Source: Haloferax volcanii DS2 (lineage in GTDB: Archaea > Halobacteriota > Halobacteria > Halobacteriales > Haloferacaceae). From it: 32,000 bases of DNA. Made by a program: the position numbers and the translations under genes. Shown here in pieces: positions 24,721-32,000 of this stretch (the first letter of the stretch is position 1; each line of letters starts with the position of its first letter). The notes beneath the pieces are model-generated. The model was not told the DNA's origin. It ran no database searches and was given only the letters and a program-made list of their open reading frames with translations. The stretch lies in the NCBI RefSeq assembly GCF_000025685.1, contig NC_013964.1, forward strand, positions 1 to 32,000, in the 5' to 3' direction.

Positions 24721-26834
24721 GCCTCCTCGATATCACAGACCTCACGGTCACGTACTCGACCGACAGCGGAACCGTCCACGCCGTCAACGACGTGTCGTTC
24801 AGCATCGACGAGGGCGTCAACTACGGCCTCGCCGGCGAATCCGGCTCGGGGAAATCGACGCTCGCCGAGGCGGTTCTCGGTCTCCTCCCCAGCAACGGCT
24901 CCGTCGAATCCGGCAGCATCGAATTCCAGGGCCGGGACCTGACCGGCCTCAGCGAGCGCGAGCGTCGCGACGTGCTCTGGGAGGACATCGCCTACATCCC
25001 CCAGAGCGCGATGGACTCGCTCGACCCGGTGATGTCCACCGGCGCGCAGATTCGGCAGGCGATTCAGACCCACCGGAACGTCACCGACGACAAGGCGCGT
25101 TCGCGGGTCCGAGAGCTGTTCGAAATCGTCGGACTCGACCCCGACCGAATCGACGACTACCCCCACGAGTTCTCCGGGGGGATGCGCCAGCGCGTGACCA
25201 TCGCCATGGCGCTCGCGCTCGAACCGGACCTCATCATCGCCGACGAGCCGACCACGGGGCTCGACGTCATCGTTCAGGACAAGATTATCGACAAGATTCT
25301 GGAGATACAGGACCGGATGGACAGCTCGTTGCTGCTCATCACCCACGAAATCGGCGTCATCGCCGAGACGTGCGACGAGCTTTCGATACTCTACGGCGGG
25401 AAGGTCATGGAACAGGGAAGCGTCGACAACGTCCTCGTGAACCCCACGAACCCGTACACGATGGGGTTGAAGAACTCCTTCCCGGAGATAGAAGAGGGCG
25501 GCCAGGACCCCGTCTCGATTCCGGGGTCGCCGCCGAACCTGAGCGAGGCACCCGGCGCGTGCGTCTTCAAGGACCGGTGTCCCTTCGCGACCGAGGAGTG
25601 CGAGGCGTCCCATCCGGACCTCGTCGACCTGCCGAACCGTAACCACCGCTCGGCGTGCCACCACGTCACCAAAGCCGCCCAGATGCGGTGCGATGCCACC
25701 GACCCGGAGACGTGGGGCATCCCCGACAGTCACGACGAATCGGACCGCGGCGAGGTGCTCCTCGAAACCGACGGTCTCGAGAAGTACTACGAGCAGAGCC
25801 AGCCGCTCTTGGAGCAACTCAGGGGGAACGACCCGAACTACGTCCGCGCCGTCGACGGCGTTTCCCTGCGCGTCCGGCGGTCCGAAATCCTCGGCATCGC
25901 CGGCGAGTCCGGCTGTGGGAAGTCGACGCTCGGCGAGACCATCGCGCTCCTGAAACAGCCGACCGGCGGCGAGTTCGTCTTCGACGGCGAGCCTTACGAG
26001 CACTACGTGGACGGGAACATGCGCGAGTTCCGCCGGAAGGTTCAGATAATATTCCAGGACCCCTTCGACTCGCTCAACCCGAGACAGACGGTTCGGCAGT
26101 TGGTCGGCGAACCGCTCACTATCCACGACTACCGGACCGACGAGCGCGAACGGGCCATCATCGAGACGTTGGAGAAAGTCGGGCTCACGCCCGCGCGGAA
26201 GTTCCTCGACCAGTACCCGCACCAGCTATCGGGGGGCCAACGTCAGCGCGTCGCGGTGGCCAAGGCGCTCGTTCTCGACCCCGACTTCCTCATCTGCGAC
26301 GAGCCGGCGTCGATGCTCGACGTGTCGCTGAAGGTGAACCTGCTGAACCTCCTGCGCGAACTCGCGGACACGGAGGACATCGGTATCGTCTACATCTCTC
26401 ACGACCTCGCCAGTCTGGTACAGGTGTCGGACCGACTCGCCATTATGTACCTCGGGCGGGTCATCGAGGAGGGCGACGTCGAATCCATCGCGGCCGAGCC
26501 GAAACACCCGTACACCACTTCGCTCCTCGCGGCCGCCCCCGAGAAGGACCCGACGGTCGACCGCGACCGCGTTCTGCTCGACGGCGAGCCACCGAATCCG
26601 GTCGACCTCCCGTCGGGCTGCGTCTTCGCTCCGCGGTGCCCGAAGGCGGAAGACGAGTGCCGGGAGAGCGAGCCCGGACTCGATACCGTCCGAAGCGGCG
26701 AGTACCGCGCCGCATGCTACTTCCCGGACGGGGAGACCCCCGCCGCAGACGACCTCGCCGACGACCGCTCGGACTCTCAATACGGGGACTCTGAGTTCTC
26801 GCCGCCGGCCAGCGGCGACTCGGCCAGCGACTGA
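24717..26834 (+). CDS. Fused tandem ABC ATPase (DppD-DppF fusion) with Cys-rich oligopeptide-type C-terminal segments
   Basis: Two full nucleotide-binding domains: GESGSGKST / FSGGMRQR / IIADEP, and GESGCGKST / LSGGQRQR / LICDEP. Each is followed by a CxFxxRCPxxxxxC segment. ATGA overlap with the upstream permease. Confidence 0.9.
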   Translation: MSLLDITDLTVTYSTDSGTVHAVNDVSFSIDEGVNYGLAGESGSGKSTLAEAVLGLLPSNGSVESGSIEFQGRDLTGLSERERRDVLWEDIAYIPQSAMDSLDPVMSTGAQIRQAIQTHRNVTDDKARSRVRELFEIVGLDPDRIDDYPHEFSGGMRQRVTIAMALALEPDLIIADEPTTGLDVIVQDKIIDKILEIQDRMDSSLLLITHEIGVIAETCDELSILYGGKVMEQGSVDNVLVNPTNPYTMGLKNSFPEIEEGGQDPVSIPGSPPNLSEAPGACVFKDRCPFATEECEASHPDLVDLPNRNHRSACHHVTKAAQMRCDATDPETWGIPDSHDESDRGEVLLETDGLEKYYEQSQPLLEQLRGNDPNYVRAVDGVSLRVRRSEILGIAGESGCGKSTLGETIALLKQPTGGEFVFDGEPYEHYVDGNMREFRRKVQIIFQDPFDSLNPRQTVRQLVGEPLTIHDYRTDERERAIIETLEKVGLTPARKFLDQYPHQLSGGQRQRVAVAKALVLDPDFLICDEPASMLDVSLKVNLLNLLRELADTEDIGIVYISHDLASLVQVSDRLAIMYLGRVIEEGDVESIAAEPKHPYTTSLLAAAPEKDPTVDRDRVLLDGEPPNPVDLPSGCVFAPRCPKAEDECRESEPGLDTVRSGEYRAACYFPDGETPAADDLADDRSDSQYGDSEFSPPASGDSASD

Positions 26835-26915
26835 CGCCGCCCTTCGACTCTCCTCGCTTCGTCTCCTTAGCGACCTCCCAGTAGCTCCGTGTCCCGATTC
26901 GAGGTTCGGCTGACG

Positions 26916-27190
26916 CATTAGAATTGCATAAACCAAACAATATTATAAGGAAGAATATTAGAATAATTTTCAAATTATTGAATCTATTTACTTATATTTG
27001 TTTCTTCTGTGTGTTTACTTCTGTGAATATATCTCAGATGTCCAAATAAAACCGGAAAATTCTGTTAATATCTATCCTATATAGTCAAAATGGGTATAAA
27101 AAGCTGACTTCAGCTATATTGCGGGGTTCCGTGGTTGATATATCTATTTACGCCGGATGTAATATTGTGTTTAAATTGATTTACTATTAT
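26916..27190. other. AT-rich island (about 25% GC) between two convergent genes
   Basis: Hand count gives 45 G+C in the 180 nt from 26941 to 27120. It contains the inverted repeat AATAATTT-tc-AAATTATT (26962-26979) and the 10-nt direct repeat ATCTATTTAC (26982-26991 and 27142-27151). Confidence 0.8.
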
Positions 27191-27219
27191 CCGGTCTGGG
27201 TTGCGGTCGACCGCTCTCC

Positions 27220-28260
27220 CTACGCCAACTCCGAGATATCGAACACCGGCTTGCACGTCCCGCCTTCGATGAACGTCTCGAAGGCTTCGTCGGCTTCGAA
27301 CAGCGAAAACCGGGTGTCGACGAACGTCTCGCAGTCCACGTCGCCGTCGCGAATCAGTCGGAAGGAGCGCTCGAAGTCCTCGTACATCGAGGCGTACGAA
27401 CACTGGAGGTCGATTTCGGCCCGAACGAGCGGGGAGTAGGGCATCGACGTCTCGCCGGTCTGGCCGACGAGGACGATTTGGCCGCCCTTGCGGACCTCGT
27501 CGACGGCCGTCGTGAGCCCCGAGGGGTGGCCGGTCGTGTCGAACACCACGTCGTAGCCGACGCCGCCGGTGTGGCGCTCGCGGCGCGCCTCGGTGTCGTC
27601 GTCGGCGACGTTGACCGTCTCGAAGCCGAGTTCCTCCGCGAGCGGGAGGCGATAGTCGGCGTCCTGTCCCACGCCGGAGACGACGACGGTGCCGCCCTGC
27701 GCGCCCGCGACTTGGGCCGTGAGCAGACCGATTGGCCCGGGGCCTTCGACCAACACGCGGTCGCCCGCGCCGACCCGGGAGTTCTCGATGACGGCGCGCG
27801 CGGCGATGCTCGTCGGCTCCGCGACCGCGGCGTGCTGCTGTTTCACGTCGTCGGGAATCGGGTGGAGGGCGCGCTCCGGGACGGCGATGAACCGCTCGTA
27901 CGCGCCGTCGTGGTCGACGCCGGTGATGACCGCGTCCTGGCAGACGTTCTCCTCGCCGATGCGACACTGATAACACTCGCCGCAGCCGCGAATCGGTCGT
28001 TCGACCACGCGGTCGCCGACGCCGAACTCCGTCACGCCGTCGCCGACTTCGACCACGCGACCGGCGTACTCGTGGCCGATGACCGTCGGGAGGTCCATCC
28101 GCTCGAAGGCGGATTCGAACTCGTAGATTCCCGCGTCGCTCCCGCAGAGGCCGGCGTAGTCGACCTCTACGAGCACCTCTCCGGCACCCGGTTTCGGTTT
28201 CTGTCGCTCGACGAACTCCATAGCGCCGGAGCTACGCTCTACTTTGGCAAGTCCTCGCAT
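27220..28260 (-). CDS. Zinc-dependent medium-chain alcohol/polyol dehydrogenase (threonine/sorbitol dehydrogenase-like)
   Basis: GHEYAG (catalytic Zn), CGECYQCRIGEENVC (structural Zn) and GPGPIGLL (NAD binding). Start chosen at MRGLAKVERSSGAMEFVERQKPKPGAGEVLVEV (ATG at 28260). Confidence 0.88.
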   Translation of the reverse strand: MRGLAKVERSSGAMEFVERQKPKPGAGEVLVEVDYAGLCGSDAGIYEFESAFERMDLPTVIGHEYAGRVVEVGDGVTEFGVGDRVVERPIRGCGECYQCRIGEENVCQDAVITGVDHDGAYERFIAVPERALHPIPDDVKQQHAAVAEPTSIAARAVIENSRVGAGDRVLVEGPGPIGLLTAQVAGAQGGTVVVSGVGQDADYRLPLAEELGFETVNVADDDTEARRERHTGGVGYDVVFDTTGHPSGLTTAVDEVRKGGQIVLVGQTGETSMPYSPLVRAEIDLQCSYASMYEDFERSFRLIRDGDVDCETFVDTRFSLFEADEAFETFIEGGTCKPVFDISELA

Positions 28261-28358
28261 GAGAGCACATGTGGCACGGGTCGGTAAAAACGTATTGCAT
28301 GCGGCACTCCCGTCGCGCGTTCCGCAACTATCATGTCGGCACCGTGCGGACTGAGACC

Positions 28359-29132
28359 ATGGTCGCATACGAGCACACGCCAGTCTCCGTCAGTGACAAG
28401 CGCGTCGTCGTCGTCGGCGGGACGAGCGGTATCGGTCAGGCAATCGCCCTCGGATTCGCCAGCGAGGGCGCGGACGTCCTCGCAACCAGCCGACGCGAGT
28501 CGGCGGTCGACGAGACGGCCGACGCCATCGAGGAACTGGGAGCGAACGCGGTTCGGGAGACCTGCGACGTGACGGACCCGGCCTCGCTCGAACGCGTCCG
28601 CGAGCGCGCCGTCGAGGAGTTCGGCGGCGTCGACGTGGTCGTCGCCTCGCAGGGCGCGATATCCCGCGAGACGGTCCGCGACATCGACGACGACGCGTGG
28701 GACCACGTCACCGACATCGCGCTCGGGGGCGTCCGCCGCGTGACGCAGGAGCTGGCCCCGGCCGTCGCCGACGGCGGGTCGATTATCAACATCTCCTCGT
28801 TGGCCGCGCGGCTCTCGATGGCGAACCTCCCCGCCTACTCGGCGGCGAAGGGCGGCGTCGAGGCGTTCACCCGCGCGTCCGCGAAGGAACTTGCCCCCGA
28901 GATACGCGTCAACGCCATCGCACCGGGCTTCGTCATCACGCCGCAGAACGCCGACACCTACGCCGAAGGGACCGAAAAGCGCGAGCGAATCGACGAGCGA
29001 ACGCCGCTCGGCAGAGTCGCGGAACGGGAGGAAATCGTCGGCGCGGCGGTCTTCCTCGCGAGCGACGCGTCTTCGTTCGTGACTGGTGAGGTCGTCACCG
29101 TCGACGGCGGGTTCGCGGACAGCGCGTTCTAA
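28359..29132 (+). CDS. Short-chain dehydrogenase/reductase (classical SDR)
   Basis: GGTSGIGQA (TGxxxGxG), NISS and YSAAKGG (YxxxK). Start trimmed to MVAYEHTPVS. Confidence 0.88.
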   Translation: MVAYEHTPVSVSDKRVVVVGGTSGIGQAIALGFASEGADVLATSRRESAVDETADAIEELGANAVRETCDVTDPASLERVRERAVEEFGGVDVVVASQGAISRETVRDIDDDAWDHVTDIALGGVRRVTQELAPAVADGGSIINISSLAARLSMANLPAYSAAKGGVEAFTRASAKELAPEIRVNAIAPGFVITPQNADTYAEGTEKRERIDERTPLGRVAEREEIVGAAVFLASDASSFVTGEVVTVDGGFADSAF

Positions 29133-29136
29133 CCCC

Positions 29137-29178
29137 GTCTTTCGTCTCCCGTCTCCCGTCTCTCGTCTCCCGTTTCGC
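29137..29178 (+). repeat. Heptamer microsatellite (GTCTCCC)n, about 6 units, immediately after the SDR stop codon
   Basis: Reads gtctttc gtctccc gtctccc gtctctc gtctccc gtttcgc. Confidence 0.85.
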
Positions 29179-29184
29179 CATCGA

Positions 29185-29202
29185 CGCGCTCTCGTGAGCG
29201 CG
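29185..29202 (+). terminator. GC-rich hairpin (7-bp stem CGCGCTC/GAGCGCG, loop TCGT) downstream of the SDR gene
   Basis: Perfect 7-bp complementarity. No adjacent T-run, so its role as a terminator is uncertain. Confidence 0.3.
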
Positions 29203-29817
29203 CGCTAGCCCCTCCCGACGGGAGTTTCGATGTCGCTTCCGACAGGTTTGCCGCCGGCAGACGCCGGAGACTGCTGGACAATCGTTCTGTAATAGGGAAC
29301 GAAGGGCGAGGCCGAGTGACTCGTCCCCCGCGTTCGCTCTTGCTCCGGACTCTCGGGAACCCCGCCCCCCTTCTCGGCGTCGGCCACCCGAATTACAAGC
29401 GTATGTGTGTAATCTAAAACCGGCGCACCGCACGTCGCGTGGGCTGTTCCCGGACTCTCTCGTTCGTGCGTGCTGTGATTGCATTCTGTGATAGAAAACG
29501 GCAGTGTCTGGCGAACTCTCGGCCCACTCGTTCCTGATTATCGGCCGAGACGAGCCGTAATAATCGACTTGTCTCTCTCGGTGGTCGTTTTCGACGACAC
29601 CGGTGTGGGTCGTCAGTCCGCGCTCGTGGGCTCCGACACGGCCGTCTCGTCGCCGCGTTGCCGATTCGACCCGCCGACTCGGCGTGTTCTGTTACTGGGA
29701 ATTCGTGTGTCTCTCTACGTCACACGCGTCGGGCTCGTGTCGCCTCTTCTGCCTGTCATCTCGCGCTCGTCGGCGCTCGTCGTCAACGGACGAGCGAACT
29801 ACACCCGGCCGGGAGTT

Positions 29818-29849
29818 CGAGACCGAACCCGCCGACGTCTCGGGGTTTT
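29818..29849 (+). terminator. Hairpin (CGAGAC/GTCTCG, 13-nt loop) followed by GGG-TTTT; candidate 3' end of a plus-strand transcript in the gene-free region
   Basis: A 6-bp perfect stem plus two possible U-G pairs, with T4 at 29846-29849. Confidence 0.35.
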
Positions 29850-29884
29850 CTGCATTGCCCCGCGCCGCCCATACCGGGACGTAC

Positions 29885-29892
29885 TTTTATTA
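29885..29892 (+). promoter_or_regulatory. TATA box (TTTTATTA) for a leaderless transcript of the FAH-family / xylose dehydrogenase operon
   Basis: Centred about 29 nt upstream of the ATG at 29918. Confidence 0.5.
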
Positions 29893-29917
29893 CAATCGCT
29901 GGTAATGAGGATACTGA

Positions 29918-30787
29918 ATGCATTACCACCAGCTAGCGGTGTCGGGAGAGCGTCGTCTCACGGCAAGCCGCGACTCCACGACGTACGACCTCACGAGCGC
30001 CGACGCGGACCTTCGGACGTTCGGTGACTTGGCTCGGGTGGCGAGTATCGCCCGGACCTCGGTCGACCGACTCGCCGCCGAACTGACCGAGGACGCCGAC
30101 GTGGTCGACGACGCGTTCGTCGACCGGCACGCGACGGTTCCCGTCGACGCCGAGGAAATCTGGGCCGCGGGCGTCACCTACCAGATAAGCGAGCAAGCGC
30201 GCGAGGAGGAGAGTTCCATGCCCGATATGTACTTCGACGTGTACGACGCCGACCGGCCGGAGGTTTTCTTCAAGGCCACGCCGTCTCGGACCGTCGAACC
30301 GGGCGACGCCATCGGCGTCAGAGGCGACTCCGAATGGGACGTGCCGGAGCCCGAACTGGGTATCGTGCTTCGCCGGGGGGAAATCGTCGGCTACACCGTC
30401 GGCAACGACGTGAGTAGTCGGTCGATAGAGGGCGAAAACCCGCTGTATCTCCCACAGGCGAAAGTGTACGACCGCTGTTGTTCCATCGGCCCGTGTGTGG
30501 TGACGCCCGAAGACGTGGAGGACCCCCACGAGTTGGAGATGAGCATGACTATCGAGCGCGACGGCGAAGTCATCTACGACGACGCCACGAACACCAGCGA
30601 GATGGTCCGCAGCTGCGACGAACTCGTGTCGTACTTCACGCGACACAACACGGTGCCCGAACTGGCGGTCATCCTGACGGGCACGTCGCTCGTCCCCGAA
30701 CAGCCGTTCGACCTTCAAGAGGGTGACCACGTCGACATCACTATCGAGGGTATCGGAACCCTCTCGAACTCCGTCACCACCGTATGA
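29918..30787 (+). CDS. xacE: Fumarylacetoacetate-hydrolase-family enzyme, probable 2-keto-3-deoxy-pentonate (xylonate/arabinonate) dehydratase
   Basis: FAH-fold motifs [12 protein letters not shown] and [12 protein letters not shown]-coupled to a xylose-dehydrogenase-type gene, the arrangement I recall for Haloferax volcanii pHV3. The gene symbol is from memory. Confidence 0.75.
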
Positions 30788-31956
30788 GCCCCGCCCCCAC
30801 CGACATCGTCGAGGAGTTCACGCGCCGCGACTGGCAGGGAGACGACGTGACGGGCACCGTGCGGGTCGCCATGATCGGCCTCGGCTGGTGGACCCGCGAC
30901 GAGGCGATTCCCGCGGTCGAGGCGTCCGAGTTCTGCGAGACGACGGTCGTCGTCAGCAGTTCGAAGGAGAAAGCCGAGGGCGCGACGGCGTTGACCGAGT
31001 CGATAACCCACGGCCTCACCTACGACGAGTTCCACGAGGGGGTCGCCGCCGACGCCTACGACGCGGTGTACGTCGTCACGCCGAACGGTCTGCATCTCCC
31101 GTACGTCGAGACCGCCGCCGAGTTGGGGAAGGCGGTCCTCTGCGAGAAACCGCTGGAAGCGTCGGTCGAGCGGGCCGAAAAGCTCGTCGCCGCCTGCGAC
31201 CGCGCCGACGTGCCCCTGATGGTCGCCTATCGGATGCAGACCGAGCCGGCCGTCCGGCGCGCCCGCGAACTCGTCGAGGCCGGCGTCATCGGCGAGCCGG
31301 TGTTCGTCCACGGCCACATGTCCCAGCGCCTGCTCGACGAGGTCGTCCCCGACCCCGACCAGTGGCGGCTCGACCCCGAACTCTCCGGCGGCGCGACCGT
31401 CATGGACATCGGGCTCTACCCGCTGAACACCGCCCGGTTCGTCCTCGACGCCGACCCCGTCCGCGTCAGGGCGACCGCCCGCGTCGACGACGAGGCGTTC
31501 GAGGCCGTCGGCGACGAGCACGTCAGTTTCGGCGTCGACTTCGACGACGGCACGCTCGCGGTCTGCACCGCCAGCCAGTCGGCTTACCAGTTGAGCCACC
31601 TCCGGGTGACCGGCACCGAGGGCGAACTCGAAATCGAGCCCGCGTTCTACAACCGCCAAAAGCGGGGATTCCGACTGTCGTGGGGGGACCAGTCCGCCGA
31701 CTACGACTTCGAGCAGGTAAACCAGATGACGGAGGAGTTCGACTACTTCGCGTCCCGGCTCCTGTCGGATTCCGACCCCGCGCCCGACGGCGACCACGCG
31801 CTCGTGGACATGCGCGCGATGGACGCGATTTACGCCGCGGCGGAGCGCGGGACCGATGTCGCCGTCGACGCCGCCGACTCCGATTCCGCCGACTCCGATT
31901 CCGCCGACGCTGCCGCCGCCAACCACGACGCCGACCCCGATTCCGACGGGACGTAG
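30784..31956 (+). CDS. xacA: Gfo/Idh/MocA-family D-xylose 1-dehydrogenase-like oxidoreductase with a low-complexity acidic C-terminal tail
   Basis: RRDWQ...[32 protein letters not shown] and [13 protein letters not shown] closely track the haloarchaeal xylose dehydrogenase sequence as I remember it. The symbol is from memory, not from a search. Confidence 0.8.
31873..31910 (+). repeat. In-frame 15-bp tandem repeat GCCGACTCCGATTCC x2 plus a partial copy, encoding [12 protein letters not shown] in the dehydrogenase tail
   Basis: Read directly: identical copies at 31873-31887 and 31888-31902, then GCCGACGC. Confidence 0.85.
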
Positions 31957-32000
31957 GACTCGATTCGGCGCGTCGTCGCCCGCAGTTTTATTATCGGGTT

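Noticed and set aside
26461-26973. ORF beginning in the AT-rich island with a signal-peptide-like N-terminus, MKIILIFFLIILFGLCNSNASA.
   Set aside because: After about 25 codons it runs antisense through the last 370 nt of the ABC ATPase gene with Arg/Pro-rich composition. The hydrophobic start is a by-product of translating AT-rich DNA (Ile/Leu/Phe/Lys/Asn codons).
26982-27151. Possible MITE or IS remnant in the AT-rich island, flanked by the 10-nt direct repeat ATCTATTTAC.
   Set aside because: There are no terminal inverted repeats just inside the direct repeats and no transposase. A 10-mer repeat is not surprising in DNA this AT-rich.
29137-29178. Heptamer repeat considered as a CRISPR array or other spaced-repeat array.
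   Set aside because: The units are contiguous 7-mers with no spacers, and no cas genes are present. It is a microsatellite.
29285-29701. Three TTCTGT-N-A-N2-GGGAA-like boxes spaced about 200 bp apart (29285, 29484, 29687), hinting at a degenerate 200-bp tandem repeat.
   Set aside because: Similarity is limited to 12-15 nt (12/15 to 15/21 matches), and the flanking sequences do not align by eye. This is too weak without a statistical test.
29805-29850. tRNA-like T-arm impression (GGGAGTTCGAGACC).
   Set aside because: No complementary stem closes a 7-nt T-loop, and no acceptor or anticodon arms can be drawn. It is better explained as a hairpin plus T-run.
29479-30027. 182-aa ORF spanning the gene-free region and running into the FAH-family gene.
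   Set aside because: Its composition is basic and Arg/Ser/Val-rich, unlike haloarchaeal proteins. It overlaps the well-supported start and TATA box of the 29918 gene out of frame.

Overview
High-GC (about 65%) DNA encoding acidic proteins, typical of a haloarchaeon. An Orc1/Cdc6 gene sits at the left edge, and a ParA partition operon and a vapBC pair lie further in, so this looks like the origin-proximal part of a secondary replicon or megaplasmid. From memory, the final gene pair (FAH-family dehydratase plus Gfo/Idh/MocA xylose dehydrogenase) resembles the Haloferax pHV3 xac genes; I could not verify this without a search.

Content, left to right:
- orc1/cdc6 with upstream repeats
- M20 peptidase and a GlcG-like protein
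- a 12.6-kb cluster that together encodes every step of an aerobic glycine betaine -> dimethylglycine -> sarcosine -> glycine -> serine -> pyruvate route: GlyA, Ser/Thr dehydratase, Rieske oxygenase, monomeric sarcosine-oxidase-type enzyme, BCCT transporter and dimethylglycine-oxidase-type enzyme. An HTH_10 regulator and a small putative Zn-finger/winged-helix protein are embedded in it.
- vapBC
- parA plus a coupled acidic protein
- an anion permease
- a second HTH_10 regulator
- a family-5 ABC importer (Tat-lipoprotein binding protein, two permeases, fused double ATPase)
- a 275-bp island of about 25% GC between convergent genes
- Zn-ADH and SDR genes
- a 785-bp stretch with no credible ORF, containing a heptamer microsatellite and hairpins
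- the first two genes of oxidative pentose degradation

I found no rRNA, tRNA, CRISPR array or transposase. The main candidate for something undescribed is the betaine catabolic island. Its Rieske oxygenase has no reductase partner and is translationally coupled to a small C2H2-like protein. Two of its promoters share a bipartite motif, and its transporter has a long structured leader. All functional calls rest on motif recognition by eye, not on database searches.
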